DNA of 40,817 nt from Candidatus Hadarchaeales archaeon (lineage in GTDB: Archaea > Hadarchaeota > Hadarchaeia > Hadarchaeales > WYZ-LMO6), in NCBI GenBank assembly GCA_038851755.1, contig JAWCKR010000013.1:1-40817 (forward strand), read 5' to 3'. The notes beneath the pieces were generated by a model. That model was given only the letters and a program-made list of their open reading frames with translations, did no database searches and had not been told where the DNA came from. Positions 8,201 through 17,200 of the stretch are shown piece after piece; positions within the stretch are counted from its first letter, which is position 1, and every line of letters starts with the position of its first letter. Position numbers and translations under genes: made by a program.

Positions 8201-9646
8201 GTGGGAGAGAACCTCCTCGTCTTCGACCTGGGCACCACGGCCGCCAAGGCCGTTCTCTTCAGCGAGGAGGGGAGAGTGGTGGGGAAGGGATACTGCGAGT
8301 ACCCCACCCGCGCCCCCTCCCCAGGACTGAGCGAGCAGGACCCCAGGGAATGGTGGAAGGCCCTGGTGACCTCGTGCAGGCAGGCGGTGAGGGGAGGGGA
8401 AAACCTGGCCGCGGTGGGGCTCACCACGCAGAGGGCCACGGTGGTCCCCGTCGACCGGGAGGGAGAACCCCTGCATCCCGCCATCACCTGGATGGACACC
8501 AGGACCTCTCCCTCCCTTCCCCCCCTGGCGGAGCGCTTTCCCATGAGGATGGTGGCCCACAAGCTGGTGTGGTTCAGGGACGCTCTTCCGGAGGTCTTCG
8601 AGAAAGCCCACCTCTTCCTCACCGCCGAGGCCTACCTACTGCGGAGGCTCACGGGCAACTCCGTGAGCGATCCCGTCAACTCCTCCTACAGCCTTCTGGA
8701 CACCAGGAAGCTGGAGTGGTCCCGGGAACTCTCCGAGGCCTTCGGAATCCCTCTGGAAAAGCTGCCACCGGTGAAGCCGCCCGGAACCGTGGCGGGGGAA
8801 CTCCTTCCGCGGACCGCGGACGAGCTCGGTCTTCCCCCCGGTCTCCCCGTGGTGGTGGGAGGGGGGGACCAGCAGTGCTCGGCGCTTGGGCTGGGGGTGT
8901 TTGAACCGGGGACGGTGAAGGCCACCACGGGGACGGGGACCTTCGTGGACGCGGTGGTCGGGGAGCCCCTGCTGGACTTCTACGAGCCCTCCTGCAGGAT
9001 GTTCTGCCTCCCGCACGTGGTTCGGGGGAAGTGGTGTCTGGAGGCGGTGATGCCCGGCACGGGTCTGATCTACCGGTGGTTCAGGGATGAGCTCTCGGAG
9101 AAGGAGAAGGAAGAGGGAAAGAAACTGGGCGTCGACCCCTACGAGCTGCTGAACAAGGAGGCGGAGGGGGCCGAGCCTGGGTCCAGGGGGCTCTTGGTGG
9201 TCCCCCTCTTCTCCTACTCCAGGGGTCTCTTCCTGAACCTCTCCTTCAGCCACACCAGGGCCCACCTCATCCGCGCCATCCTGGAGAGCAACGGATACAC
9301 CCTCAGGCTCTTCCTCGACCTGATGGAGTCGCTGGGTGTCTCCGTTTCCGAGCTGAGGGTGGACGGGGGAGGAGCCAGGTCCCCCCTCTGGAGGCAAATC
9401 CAGGCGGACATCACGGGGAAACCTGTGGTCCTGACCGAGACGGTGGAGGATGCCTCCTCACTGGGGGCGGCGCTCCTGGCTGGGACGAGCGCTGGGCTCT
9501 ACAGGAGCCTGGAGGAGGCCGTGGGGAGGACGGTGAGGGTGAGGGAGAGGAGGGAGCCGGAGGAGGAGAGCAGGAGGGTGTACGAGGAGCTTTACCCGAA
9601 GTACCAGGAGGCCCTCCTCAAGGTGGTCTCGGAACTAGGGCTTTAA
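8201..9646 (+). CDS. FGGY-family carbohydrate kinase (xylulokinase/glycerol kinase-like)
   Basis: FDLGTTAAKA, EQDPREWW, ITWMDTR, GGGDQQCS, TTGTG and DGGGARSPLWRQIQADITG. Confidence 0.92.
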   Translation: MGENLLVFDLGTTAAKAVLFSEEGRVVGKGYCEYPTRAPSPGLSEQDPREWWKALVTSCRQAVRGGENLAAVGLTTQRATVVPVDREGEPLHPAITWMDTRTSPSLPPLAERFPMRMVAHKLVWFRDALPEVFEKAHLFLTAEAYLLRRLTGNSVSDPVNSSYSLLDTRKLEWSRELSEAFGIPLEKLPPVKPPGTVAGELLPRTADELGLPPGLPVVVGGGDQQCSALGLGVFEPGTVKATTGTGTFVDAVVGEPLLDFYEPSCRMFCLPHVVRGKWCLEAVMPGTGLIYRWFRDELSEKEKEEGKKLGVDPYELLNKEAEGAEPGSRGLLVVPLFSYSRGLFLNLSFSHTRAHLIRAILESNGYTLRLFLDLMESLGVSVSELRVDGGGARSPLWRQIQADITGKPVVLTETVEDASSLGAALLAGTSAGLYRSLEEAVGRTVRVRERREPEEESRRVYEELYPKYQEALLKVVSELGL

Positions 9647-9894
9647 AGATGCCACGAGGCTCTTCAGGAGAATCCACCTCCCGGTTCACGGGGGTTACAA
9701 CAGCGTGCATGGGGGACCAACGATGGTACTCGGACCCTGGGAGACCACAAAGACGGAACCCAGAAGGAATCAGGCTTGTGGATGCTTCCCATCAAGCTGG
9801 GGACCTGAACTTGCCCCGACCGAAGGAGGGGAAGATCTGAGGAAGCCTTCCACTAGCTTTATATGGGGGTAGAATAAGGGTAGCCGGCCATGGA

Positions 9895-11679
9895 ATGCCT
9901 GCTACTAAAATATTGGTAATTATTGTGATTGCAGTAGCGGTGGTAGCAGGGGCAGGGGCTTTCATCGCTATGTCAAACCTTTCAGCTCCACCGACCCCCA
10001 GTCCTGAGGAGAATGAGGCGACCACACCACACAGAAATCCCAACGCGAACGTGAAAGGTTACGTCACGGACAGCGCGGGGAACCCGATAGCAGGGGTCAT
10101 CGTTCATCTGGGCGGTTTGGCAGGACTTTTGACAACCACTGACTCAACGGGGTATTACGAGTTCGAGGTGGCCAGGGAAGAGAGGGATTTTGAGATGATC
10201 TTCGAAAAGACCGGATACGACAACGTTATAACGACGATCCATGTGACCGCAACGGGAGTAGCCCGGAAAGATGTTCAGATGGTCGCTTCCGGGCGTGAGC
10301 CTGTCACGGTGAAGTTCACGCTTACCGTTCCTTACACGATGGCAGGTGATAATTTCTCCATCCAATTCGGAAGCGGGGCCCCCGTCGCCATGCAACGGGT
10401 GAACGAGGTCACCTGGTGTTATCTGAAGGGGGCTACCGCAGGGGATGTCCTGACCTACAGGTACCTGAAAAACGATGCTCCTGTGAGTTCCCCCACCTCG
10501 CTGACCGTGGTTAAAGCAAAGAGGATATATGAAACGCGAGACATGCCCGACTGGCCAAACGTTGATGAGATGAACTACCAGAAGGTCTTCGATTTCGTAC
10601 CGTATACAAACAACGGCCTTGCCCCCGATTTGGAGCTTGGCCAGGGCTTCTTCGACCTTTGGGGGATTAACTACAACAAGGTTTTGTTTGAGAACACGTC
10701 CGATGCCGCCGGACCTTCGATGGAGAGGATGAAGGAGAAGATGAACGTCTCCTGGGTACTCATCACCGATTTCGCTGAATACGCGGCTCTGGATCCTTTG
10801 CCCGAGATAAACTTCATAGACCCCGGTCTAAAGTCCGTCTACACCATCACTCAGGAAGAGATGGACAGGCTCGTACAAAAGGCACACTCCCTTGGCATGA
10901 AGGTGCTCGTGAACATCGGTACCGTGTGGGCTGAAAACGTCGATGTTTCACTTGCCAACAGGAGCAAGGTGCGCACCCGGGATTGGCTTGACGCTGCCTG
11001 GGCAGAGTGGGGCAATCTGATGGTAGAGGAGGCTGAAAAATGCCAGGCGGCGGGCGTGGATGCGTTGCAAGTCAGACCGCGCGGAGACATGTGGAACGAG
11101 GGTTATGATTACGCCTACACCTCGGAAAAAATCCGCGAGGTGGCTAACAGGGTCAGGGCAGTATACGATGGCCAGGTGACCATCGGTCTGATCGACCTCT
11201 TGGACGTCGACGAGCCGTCCTCTCTGGAAAGGTTAACCATGTGGGACGCCGCCGATTTCATCTACGTCGACATGACGGGCTTAACAATTACCGATTCAGA
11301 CGCGCCCAGCATAAGCGAAATGCAACCCGTCTTCGAGCGAGCACTCACGCAGAGGATAGCGCCAATAGCGAACGCGTACGGGAAGAAGGTCATGCTACAC
11401 GTTCAGTTCCAAAGCTATGTCGGGGCCATAAGGGAGAAGTGGGTCGAGCCGACTTATGTCTATCCTGATTTGGTGCGTGACTGGCAACAACAGGGCGACG
11501 CTTACGAGGCTTTGCTCAGGGCGCTGGAGGGCAAGAACTACATCAACTGCCTCATGTCAGTGGGCTACTGGTGGGACGACGCCATGGACCCTTTCAACGC
11601 CCGCAACTCACCCAGCATAAGCCACAGCGTCCGAGGGAAACTGGCCGAGGCAGTGCTGGGCAAGTGGTTCGCGGGATGA
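9895..11679 (+). CDS. Membrane-anchored secreted protein: carboxypeptidase-regulatory-like domain, CBM20-like domain and GH113-like TIM barrel
   Basis: N-terminal hydrophobic helix; VKGYVTDSAGNPIAGV..TTDSTGYY; AHSLGMKVLV, VRAVYDGQVT, WDAADFI and terminal RGKLAEAVLGKWF resemble GH113-like barrels. Confidence 0.7.
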   Translation: MPATKILVIIVIAVAVVAGAGAFIAMSNLSAPPTPSPEENEATTPHRNPNANVKGYVTDSAGNPIAGVIVHLGGLAGLLTTTDSTGYYEFEVAREERDFEMIFEKTGYDNVITTIHVTATGVARKDVQMVASGREPVTVKFTLTVPYTMAGDNFSIQFGSGAPVAMQRVNEVTWCYLKGATAGDVLTYRYLKNDAPVSSPTSLTVVKAKRIYETRDMPDWPNVDEMNYQKVFDFVPYTNNGLAPDLELGQGFFDLWGINYNKVLFENTSDAAGPSMERMKEKMNVSWVLITDFAEYAALDPLPEINFIDPGLKSVYTITQEEMDRLVQKAHSLGMKVLVNIGTVWAENVDVSLANRSKVRTRDWLDAAWAEWGNLMVEEAEKCQAAGVDALQVRPRGDMWNEGYDYAYTSEKIREVANRVRAVYDGQVTIGLIDLLDVDEPSSLERLTMWDAADFIYVDMTGLTITDSDAPSISEMQPVFERALTQRIAPIANAYGKKVMLHVQFQSYVGAIREKWVEPTYVYPDLVRDWQQQGDAYEALLRALEGKNYINCLMSVGYWWDDAMDPFNARNSPSISHSVRGKLAEAVLGKWFAG

Positions 11680-11715
11680 GAAGACTCCTGCGCACGACGC
11701 CGGGAAATCTAAAAA

Positions 11716-13215
11716 TCAGGTGCCCCGCCTGAAGAGCTCGATCACCACGTAGTTGGTGAGGAGCTCCATGATGTCCGGCGGGAGGGAGTGGAACATCTGG
11801 TAGATCAGGGCCCACTCCTTGGTGAGGCCCTTGTCAAACCCTATGGTCTCCAGCACCTTCTCGCCGTGGGCGCCGAGGAACTTCTCCGCCTCCTCCAGCA
11901 TTTTCCCGAGGGAGGCCAGGTCCATCTGGGAGGGCGTCAGCATGCTCGCCAGGAGACCGAAGGCCTCCACGAACCTCTCCGCCTCGCTCGCGGGAAGCCC
12001 GGCCACCCTCTCCTTGCATTCCCTGAGGTCCCTGAGCATCTCACCCGCGAATTTTTCGTGGATGGGGGTGAAGGTGAGGTGGATGCTGGGAGGAATCTGC
12101 ATCTCCGGTATCCCCTTCTGGGGCAGGAAAATCCAGCCGCGCTTCATCACCTCATCGCATAGCCTGAAGAGGTTCACCTCCGGAGAGGTGAAGGCAGCGA
12201 TGACCGTCGGTTCCCCCATGAGGTCGAAACCGAGCTCCCTCAACCCGGTCACGATGCTGTTCCTGGCGCTCACGATTTTCCTGGCGAGGCTCGTGTAGCC
12301 CTCCTCCCCGAGGTAGTGGAGGACCGCCCAGGTGGCCGCCAGGGGCCCCTCCGAGCGGGAGGAGAGGACGGCGGGGTTCACGATGGGGTATCCGGGCCAT
12401 CTCAGGTTGGCGTACTGGGAGTACATCTTGTAGAACTTCTTCCTGAAGAGGATCACGGAAGCACCGATGGTCGAATACGCGTACTTGTGTGGATCCAGCG
12501 AGATGGAGGTAACGCCTTCGACGGTGAAGTCGAAGTCCGGGAGGTTCTCCCCTATTCTCCTCATGAAGGGGAGGATGAATCCCCCTACGCACGCGTCGAC
12601 ATGGAACCATATACCCTTGGTCCTGGCCAGGTCCGCCAGCTCCTTGATGGGGTCCACCGTCCCGAAGGGCCAGTTGGGCGCCGATCCCACGATCATGGCC
12701 GTGTCCTCGGTAAGGGCCTCGTTGATGGCCTCGGGATCCGCCTGGTAAGTCTTGGTGTCCACCCGGACCCTCTTGACCTTCATCCCCAGATACTCCGCAG
12801 CCTTCTCGTAGCAGGGGTGACCGGTCACGGGCATGACGATTTCCGGGATGGTGATGGAACCCCTTTTGAGGATGAACCTGTCTCTGGCGGCCTTGACGGC
12901 CAGGAAAACACTCTCGGTGCCACCGAAGGTGTAGGTGCCCACCACTTCCTCGTCCCCCCTCATCAGGGAGATCGCCATGTCCACGACATCCTTCTCGAGC
13001 CTTATCGCGCTGGGGAACTCGGTGAAGTCGAGGATGTTCTTATCGGCGAACATCTTCCAGGCCTCGAAGATGACCTCCCTCAGCTCCTCCACCCCAGGTT
13101 CGAAGGCGATGGTGAAGAGCTTCCCGCTCTTCGGCTCGAAGTCATCCCTGGCGTACTCCTTTAACCTGCTGAGGATTTCCTCCTTGGGGAGGGGCTTCTT
13201 GGGAAAAGTCTTCAC
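11716..13215 (-). CDS. PLP-dependent group II decarboxylase family protein, sphingosine-1-phosphate lyase-like
   Basis: TFGGTESVFLAVKAARD, VGSAPNWPFGTVDPI, HVDACVGGF, GVTSISLDPHKY (PLP lysine) and PPSIHL. Confidence 0.85.
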   Translation of the reverse strand: MKTFPKKPLPKEEILSRLKEYARDDFEPKSGKLFTIAFEPGVEELREVIFEAWKMFADKNILDFTEFPSAIRLEKDVVDMAISLMRGDEEVVGTYTFGGTESVFLAVKAARDRFILKRGSITIPEIVMPVTGHPCYEKAAEYLGMKVKRVRVDTKTYQADPEAINEALTEDTAMIVGSAPNWPFGTVDPIKELADLARTKGIWFHVDACVGGFILPFMRRIGENLPDFDFTVEGVTSISLDPHKYAYSTIGASVILFRKKFYKMYSQYANLRWPGYPIVNPAVLSSRSEGPLAATWAVLHYLGEEGYTSLARKIVSARNSIVTGLRELGFDLMGEPTVIAAFTSPEVNLFRLCDEVMKRGWIFLPQKGIPEMQIPPSIHLTFTPIHEKFAGEMLRDLRECKERVAGLPASEAERFVEAFGLLASMLTPSQMDLASLGKMLEEAEKFLGAHGEKVLETIGFDKGLTKEWALIYQMFHSLPPDIMELLTNYVVIELFRRGT

Positions 13216-13292
13216 AATAAGATTTGGTCGTTATTTTTAATAGTTTTAATCCTCCCCTGCCCTGGCCCTTACCCCGGACCAAGGTCCTAGGC

Positions 13293-13370
13293 TGGTGCGG
13301 CCGGCGGGATTTGAACCCGCGTCGCAGGCTTGGAGGGCCTGAGTCCTGGACCAGGCTAGACCACGGCCGC
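13293..13370 (-). tRNA. tRNA-Gly (anticodon TCC), CCA encoded, no intron, C at position 33
   Basis: GCGGCCG-TG-GTCT-AGCCTGGTCCA-GGAC-T-CAGGC-CCTCCAA-GCCTG-CGAC-GCGGG-TTCAAAT-CCCGC-CGGCCGC-ACCA folds as a full cloverleaf. Confidence 0.95.
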
Positions 13371-13419
13371 ACCAACTACGGAGGGAAGGAGCGGATTAAT
13401 CTGTTTTGGGGGAAGATGG

Positions 13420-13432
13420 AAAGGATATAAAG
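13420..13432 (+). promoter_or_regulatory. Putative BRE/TATA promoter of lsrF
   Basis: AAAGGATATAAAG lies about 23 nt upstream of the ATG at 13455, consistent with a leaderless archaeal transcript. Confidence 0.55.
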
Positions 13433-13454
13433 CCAGGGTGAAAAGGGGATTTCG

Positions 13455-14249
13455 ATGGAGTGGGGAATGAGGAACAGGCTGGCCCAGCTCATCCAGAGGG
13501 ACGGGAGGGCCCTCTTCCTTCCCATCGACCACGGCTATTTCCAGGGCCCCACCCACAGGCTCGAGAAGCCCGGCCAGACCATCGCCCCCCTCCTCCCCTA
13601 CGCCGACGCCATCATGCTCACCAGGGGAATCCTGCGCTCCTGCGTGGACCCCACCCACACGAAACCCGTCATCCTGAGGGTCTCGGGGGGGACGAGCGTG
13701 GTGGGGGAGGATCTCTCGCACGAGGGCATCACCACCTCGGTGAGGGAGGCCATCAGGCTGAACGCCAGCGCGGTTTCCGTCTCCATCTTCGTGGGGAGCA
13801 GGTACGAGCACGAGACCCTGATGAACCTGGCCAGGCTGGTGGACGAGTGCGAGGATTACGGGATACCCGTGATGGCCGTCACGGCGGTGGGCAGGGAGCT
13901 GGAGAAGAGGGAGGCAAGGTACCTGGCCCTGTGCTGCAGGATAGCGGCCGAGCTGGGGGCCAGGGTGGTGAAGACCTACTATTGCAAGGACGGCTTCGAG
14001 AAGGTGGTGGAGGGGTGCCCCGTCCCGGTGGTGATAGCGGGGGGTCCGAAGGTGGACTCAGAGAGGGAGGTCTTCGAGTTCGTGTACGACGGGATCCAGA
14101 AGGGGGCCATAGGGGTGAACCTGGGTAGGAACATCTGGCAGCACGACCACCCCGTGGCCATGATCAAGGCCCTGAGGGCGATCATCCACGAGAACGCGAA
14201 CCCGAGGGAGGCCCAGGAGGTCTTCGAGAGTTCCAAGGTAAGGGCCTAG
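13455..14249 (+). CDS. lsrF: LsrF-type thiolase / class I DhnA-family aldolase
   Basis: MEWGMRNRL, DHGYFQGPT, LRVSGG, RIAAELGARVVKTYY, VVIAGGPK and GRNIWQ. Confidence 0.88.
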   Translation: MEWGMRNRLAQLIQRDGRALFLPIDHGYFQGPTHRLEKPGQTIAPLLPYADAIMLTRGILRSCVDPTHTKPVILRVSGGTSVVGEDLSHEGITTSVREAIRLNASAVSVSIFVGSRYEHETLMNLARLVDECEDYGIPVMAVTAVGRELEKREARYLALCCRIAAELGARVVKTYYCKDGFEKVVEGCPVPVVIAGGPKVDSEREVFEFVYDGIQKGAIGVNLGRNIWQHDHPVAMIKALRAIIHENANPREAQEVFESSKVRA

Positions 14250-14252
14250 TGC

Positions 14253-14265
14253 AAAAACTTATAAG
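14253..14265 (+). promoter_or_regulatory. Putative BRE/TATA promoter of the giant surface protein gene
   Basis: AAAAACTTATAAG lies about 21 nt upstream of the GTG at 14286. Confidence 0.55.
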
Positions 14266-14285
14266 CGGGTTGGGAGAGCTTTCGG

Positions 14286-17200
14286 GTGGCACATAGTAGG
14301 GGTATTCTAGCCGCGATAACCGCCTTTATCGTCCTCACGAGTTCCGCCCCCCTCTCCGCCGGCCTTGCTTCCTCCCCTCCTCCGGAACCAGAACCTCGTC
14401 CACGCACGGACAACGCCCAATCCGTGGAAACCTCCTCCATGCCCCTCTACGCACTGGTGGAGGCGGAACTGGAGTCCCAGCACATCAGCTTCAAAATCGA
14501 CCTTGACAACCTGGCGAAGATACTGGGGAAGAACCCGAAATCGGAGGCGAAGGGTGGGGATTTCGACTTCAGCTTGGAGTTCGCCTACGACGAGAACGAG
14601 GACGGTGGCTTCGAGATCACCATCGAAATAGGCGGTGAACGTGGAATTGGTGGCGGGGGGGAAAACGAAGAAGATGAGGGGGGTGGAGAAGGAGGAGAAG
14701 GCGAGGAAGAGGACGAAAAGGTAAGCGCGAGCATAGGCGGAACCATACAGCTGAAGCTCTTTTTTGACAACAAGGGGGAACTCGTCGGCTACAGTGTCTC
14801 AGGAAGTGTCGAACTCTCGGTGGAGGTGGAGATTTTCGAGTACAAGTACTTTGTAACCTTCACCATCGGCCCGGTACCGGTATGGATAGAAATCGACCTG
14901 AGCGGGAAGCTCGGTTTCAAGGTGAGGGCTGGAGGGACCATCTTCGGCACCCCCACCGAAAGGACGAACATCACGGTGAAGCTCTACCTGGGGGTGGAGC
15001 TGGAGGCCCTCCTGTACTCCACGGCCGGGGGGTCGGGGGAGATAAAACCCTTCATACAGGCCAAGTACTTCGTGGACGAGAGGCTCTGGCTGGTGTTCGG
15101 CGGGGCTGCCCTCTCGCTGGATGCCAAGTTCAAGATAAGACCCTGGATAACCTACACCCTCTGGTCTGCCGAGTGGGAGTTCTCCACCCCCATCTTCGCC
15201 TTTCAGAGGGATGGAGGAAAGGGGGGAGACGCCGGAGATTATCTGGCCAATGCCAGGGAGATAGATTCCAAGGGCACCTACGTCGGGTACCTGGGCAGGG
15301 ACAGCCTGTGGAGGGTAGACGAAAAAGATTTTTACAAGGTCAGACTGAAGAGCGGGGACATTGTCAGGTTGAACTTGAGCAGGGGCTCAGAACACTCAGA
15401 CGACGCGAACTTCGACCTCTATCTTTACGACAACGCTGGGAACCTGCTGGGCTCCTCTTCCTCCGACGCTGGGGAGGAAGACCTCATCGAAAGCATGGTA
15501 CCGGCAACGGGGGACTACTACATCGAGGTGAGCAAGGCCAGCGGGATGTGGAGCTGGGGCACCTACACCCTGAGAACCGACAGGGAATCGCAGAACGACA
15601 TGCGGAGCGGTGGGGATGCCGGCAACAAAATCGAGGAAGCCCTCAACCTCACGACCTCCCTGTTACCCTATCTACTCCAGGGAGAAAACGGCTACTATAC
15701 GGTCGAGTTCGTAAGTTCTGAAAACTGTTATGTGGGGGGAAGCGACCAGTACGACTTCTACAAGGTCAACGTGATGGCCGCTGGCCACATGCTCAAGGCC
15801 CGGCTGGACCCCCCGGACGGGGCCAACTTCGACCTTTACGTTTACGGACCGGACCAAACCGTCCTAGCTTCCTCCAAGAATCCCGACGACAGTCCCGATT
15901 CGGTGAACCTCAGGGTCACTTCCAGCGGATGGTACTACATAGAGGTCAGAAGGGTTAGCGGTGCAGGAAGGTACTCGCTTGAGGTCACGAGGGAACAGTG
16001 GGACATCAAGGAAGGCGACGCGTGCTCCTCCAGAAGCCAATCACGCCCGATCTCTCAGGGGAGATATCGGAACTGCTACCTGGACGAGCTCGATACCACG
16101 GACGTCTACTCGTTCCCGGTCACCCAGGACAAGCTCATCGACGTGGTGCTGACCCAGCCCCAGGACGTGGAGTACTGGGTTTACTTGCTCGACCCGTACG
16201 GCGGCCTGGTGGCTTCGAGCAGGGAGAGAATCCTCACCTGCGCCACCTACTCGGGAACCTACTACCTCCAGATGTGGAGGAAGAGCGGGAGGGGCCTCTA
16301 CGACTTCGAGCTGTGGTTGAGGGACCAGGAGGACGGGGGTACCTACACGGACGCGGGGGATTCTGAAAGCTCAGCCCTCGCGCTCCCGTACGAAACGCGC
16401 ACCCACGAGGCTGGGATTACCTTCATTCGTATGAACGCCGCTGGATGGGTGGGAGGGGGAGACCCGGAGGACTTTTACAAGATCCCGGTGGAGGCCGGTA
16501 AAACCCTATTCGTGAAGCTGGAAGGGGCGGACGACGAAACTGAGATGTACCTCCCCAACTTCACCGGGACCATCTTCTCGTACGACAAGGTGGGAAGGAA
16601 CTGGTTCTTCTGCGGGAAGGCCGAAGGCTACACCGGTTCCAGGGAGGTCTACATCCGGACCACGAACGGGGGAAGGGGATGCTTCTACTCCCTGAGCTTT
16701 TCCGTGGCCCCCGAGAACGACGGCGGAAGCGGCGGGGACGCCGGCTGGGTCCAAGGACAGGAGGTGACGCTGAAAGCCGGGGAAAACTACTGGGGCTACC
16801 TGGACGCCTGCGACACGGAGGACCTGTACAAGGTGTGGCTGGGGATGGACGACCAGCTTACTCTGAGGATGAGCGGCCATGACTCCAACTTCGATCTCTA
16901 CTTCTACGACTCAACCGCGGTGTACAGGGGAGAAAACACCGTGCCAAGCGTGAGTTCGACCAACCCCGACAGCTCGGAGAGCATAACTTACCTCGCTCAT
17001 CACGCCGGATGGTACTACTTCAGGGTGAAGAGGGAAAGCGGGCTGGGGGCTTACAAGCTGGAACTCTCCGTCCTCAGCGTGCCCTGGCCCAAGGAAATGC
17101 ACGACGTGAAAAACACGGGAAGGGGTGCCTACCCTGGTCCAGAGGAGAACACGATGAGCTGGAGGTACAAGGTGAACGAGCCCTCCACCTTCTCTTCTTG

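Noticed and set aside
9647-13293. Integrated element at the 3' end of tRNA-Gly
   Set aside because: I found no integrase and no duplicated tRNA 3' end (att site) by eye.
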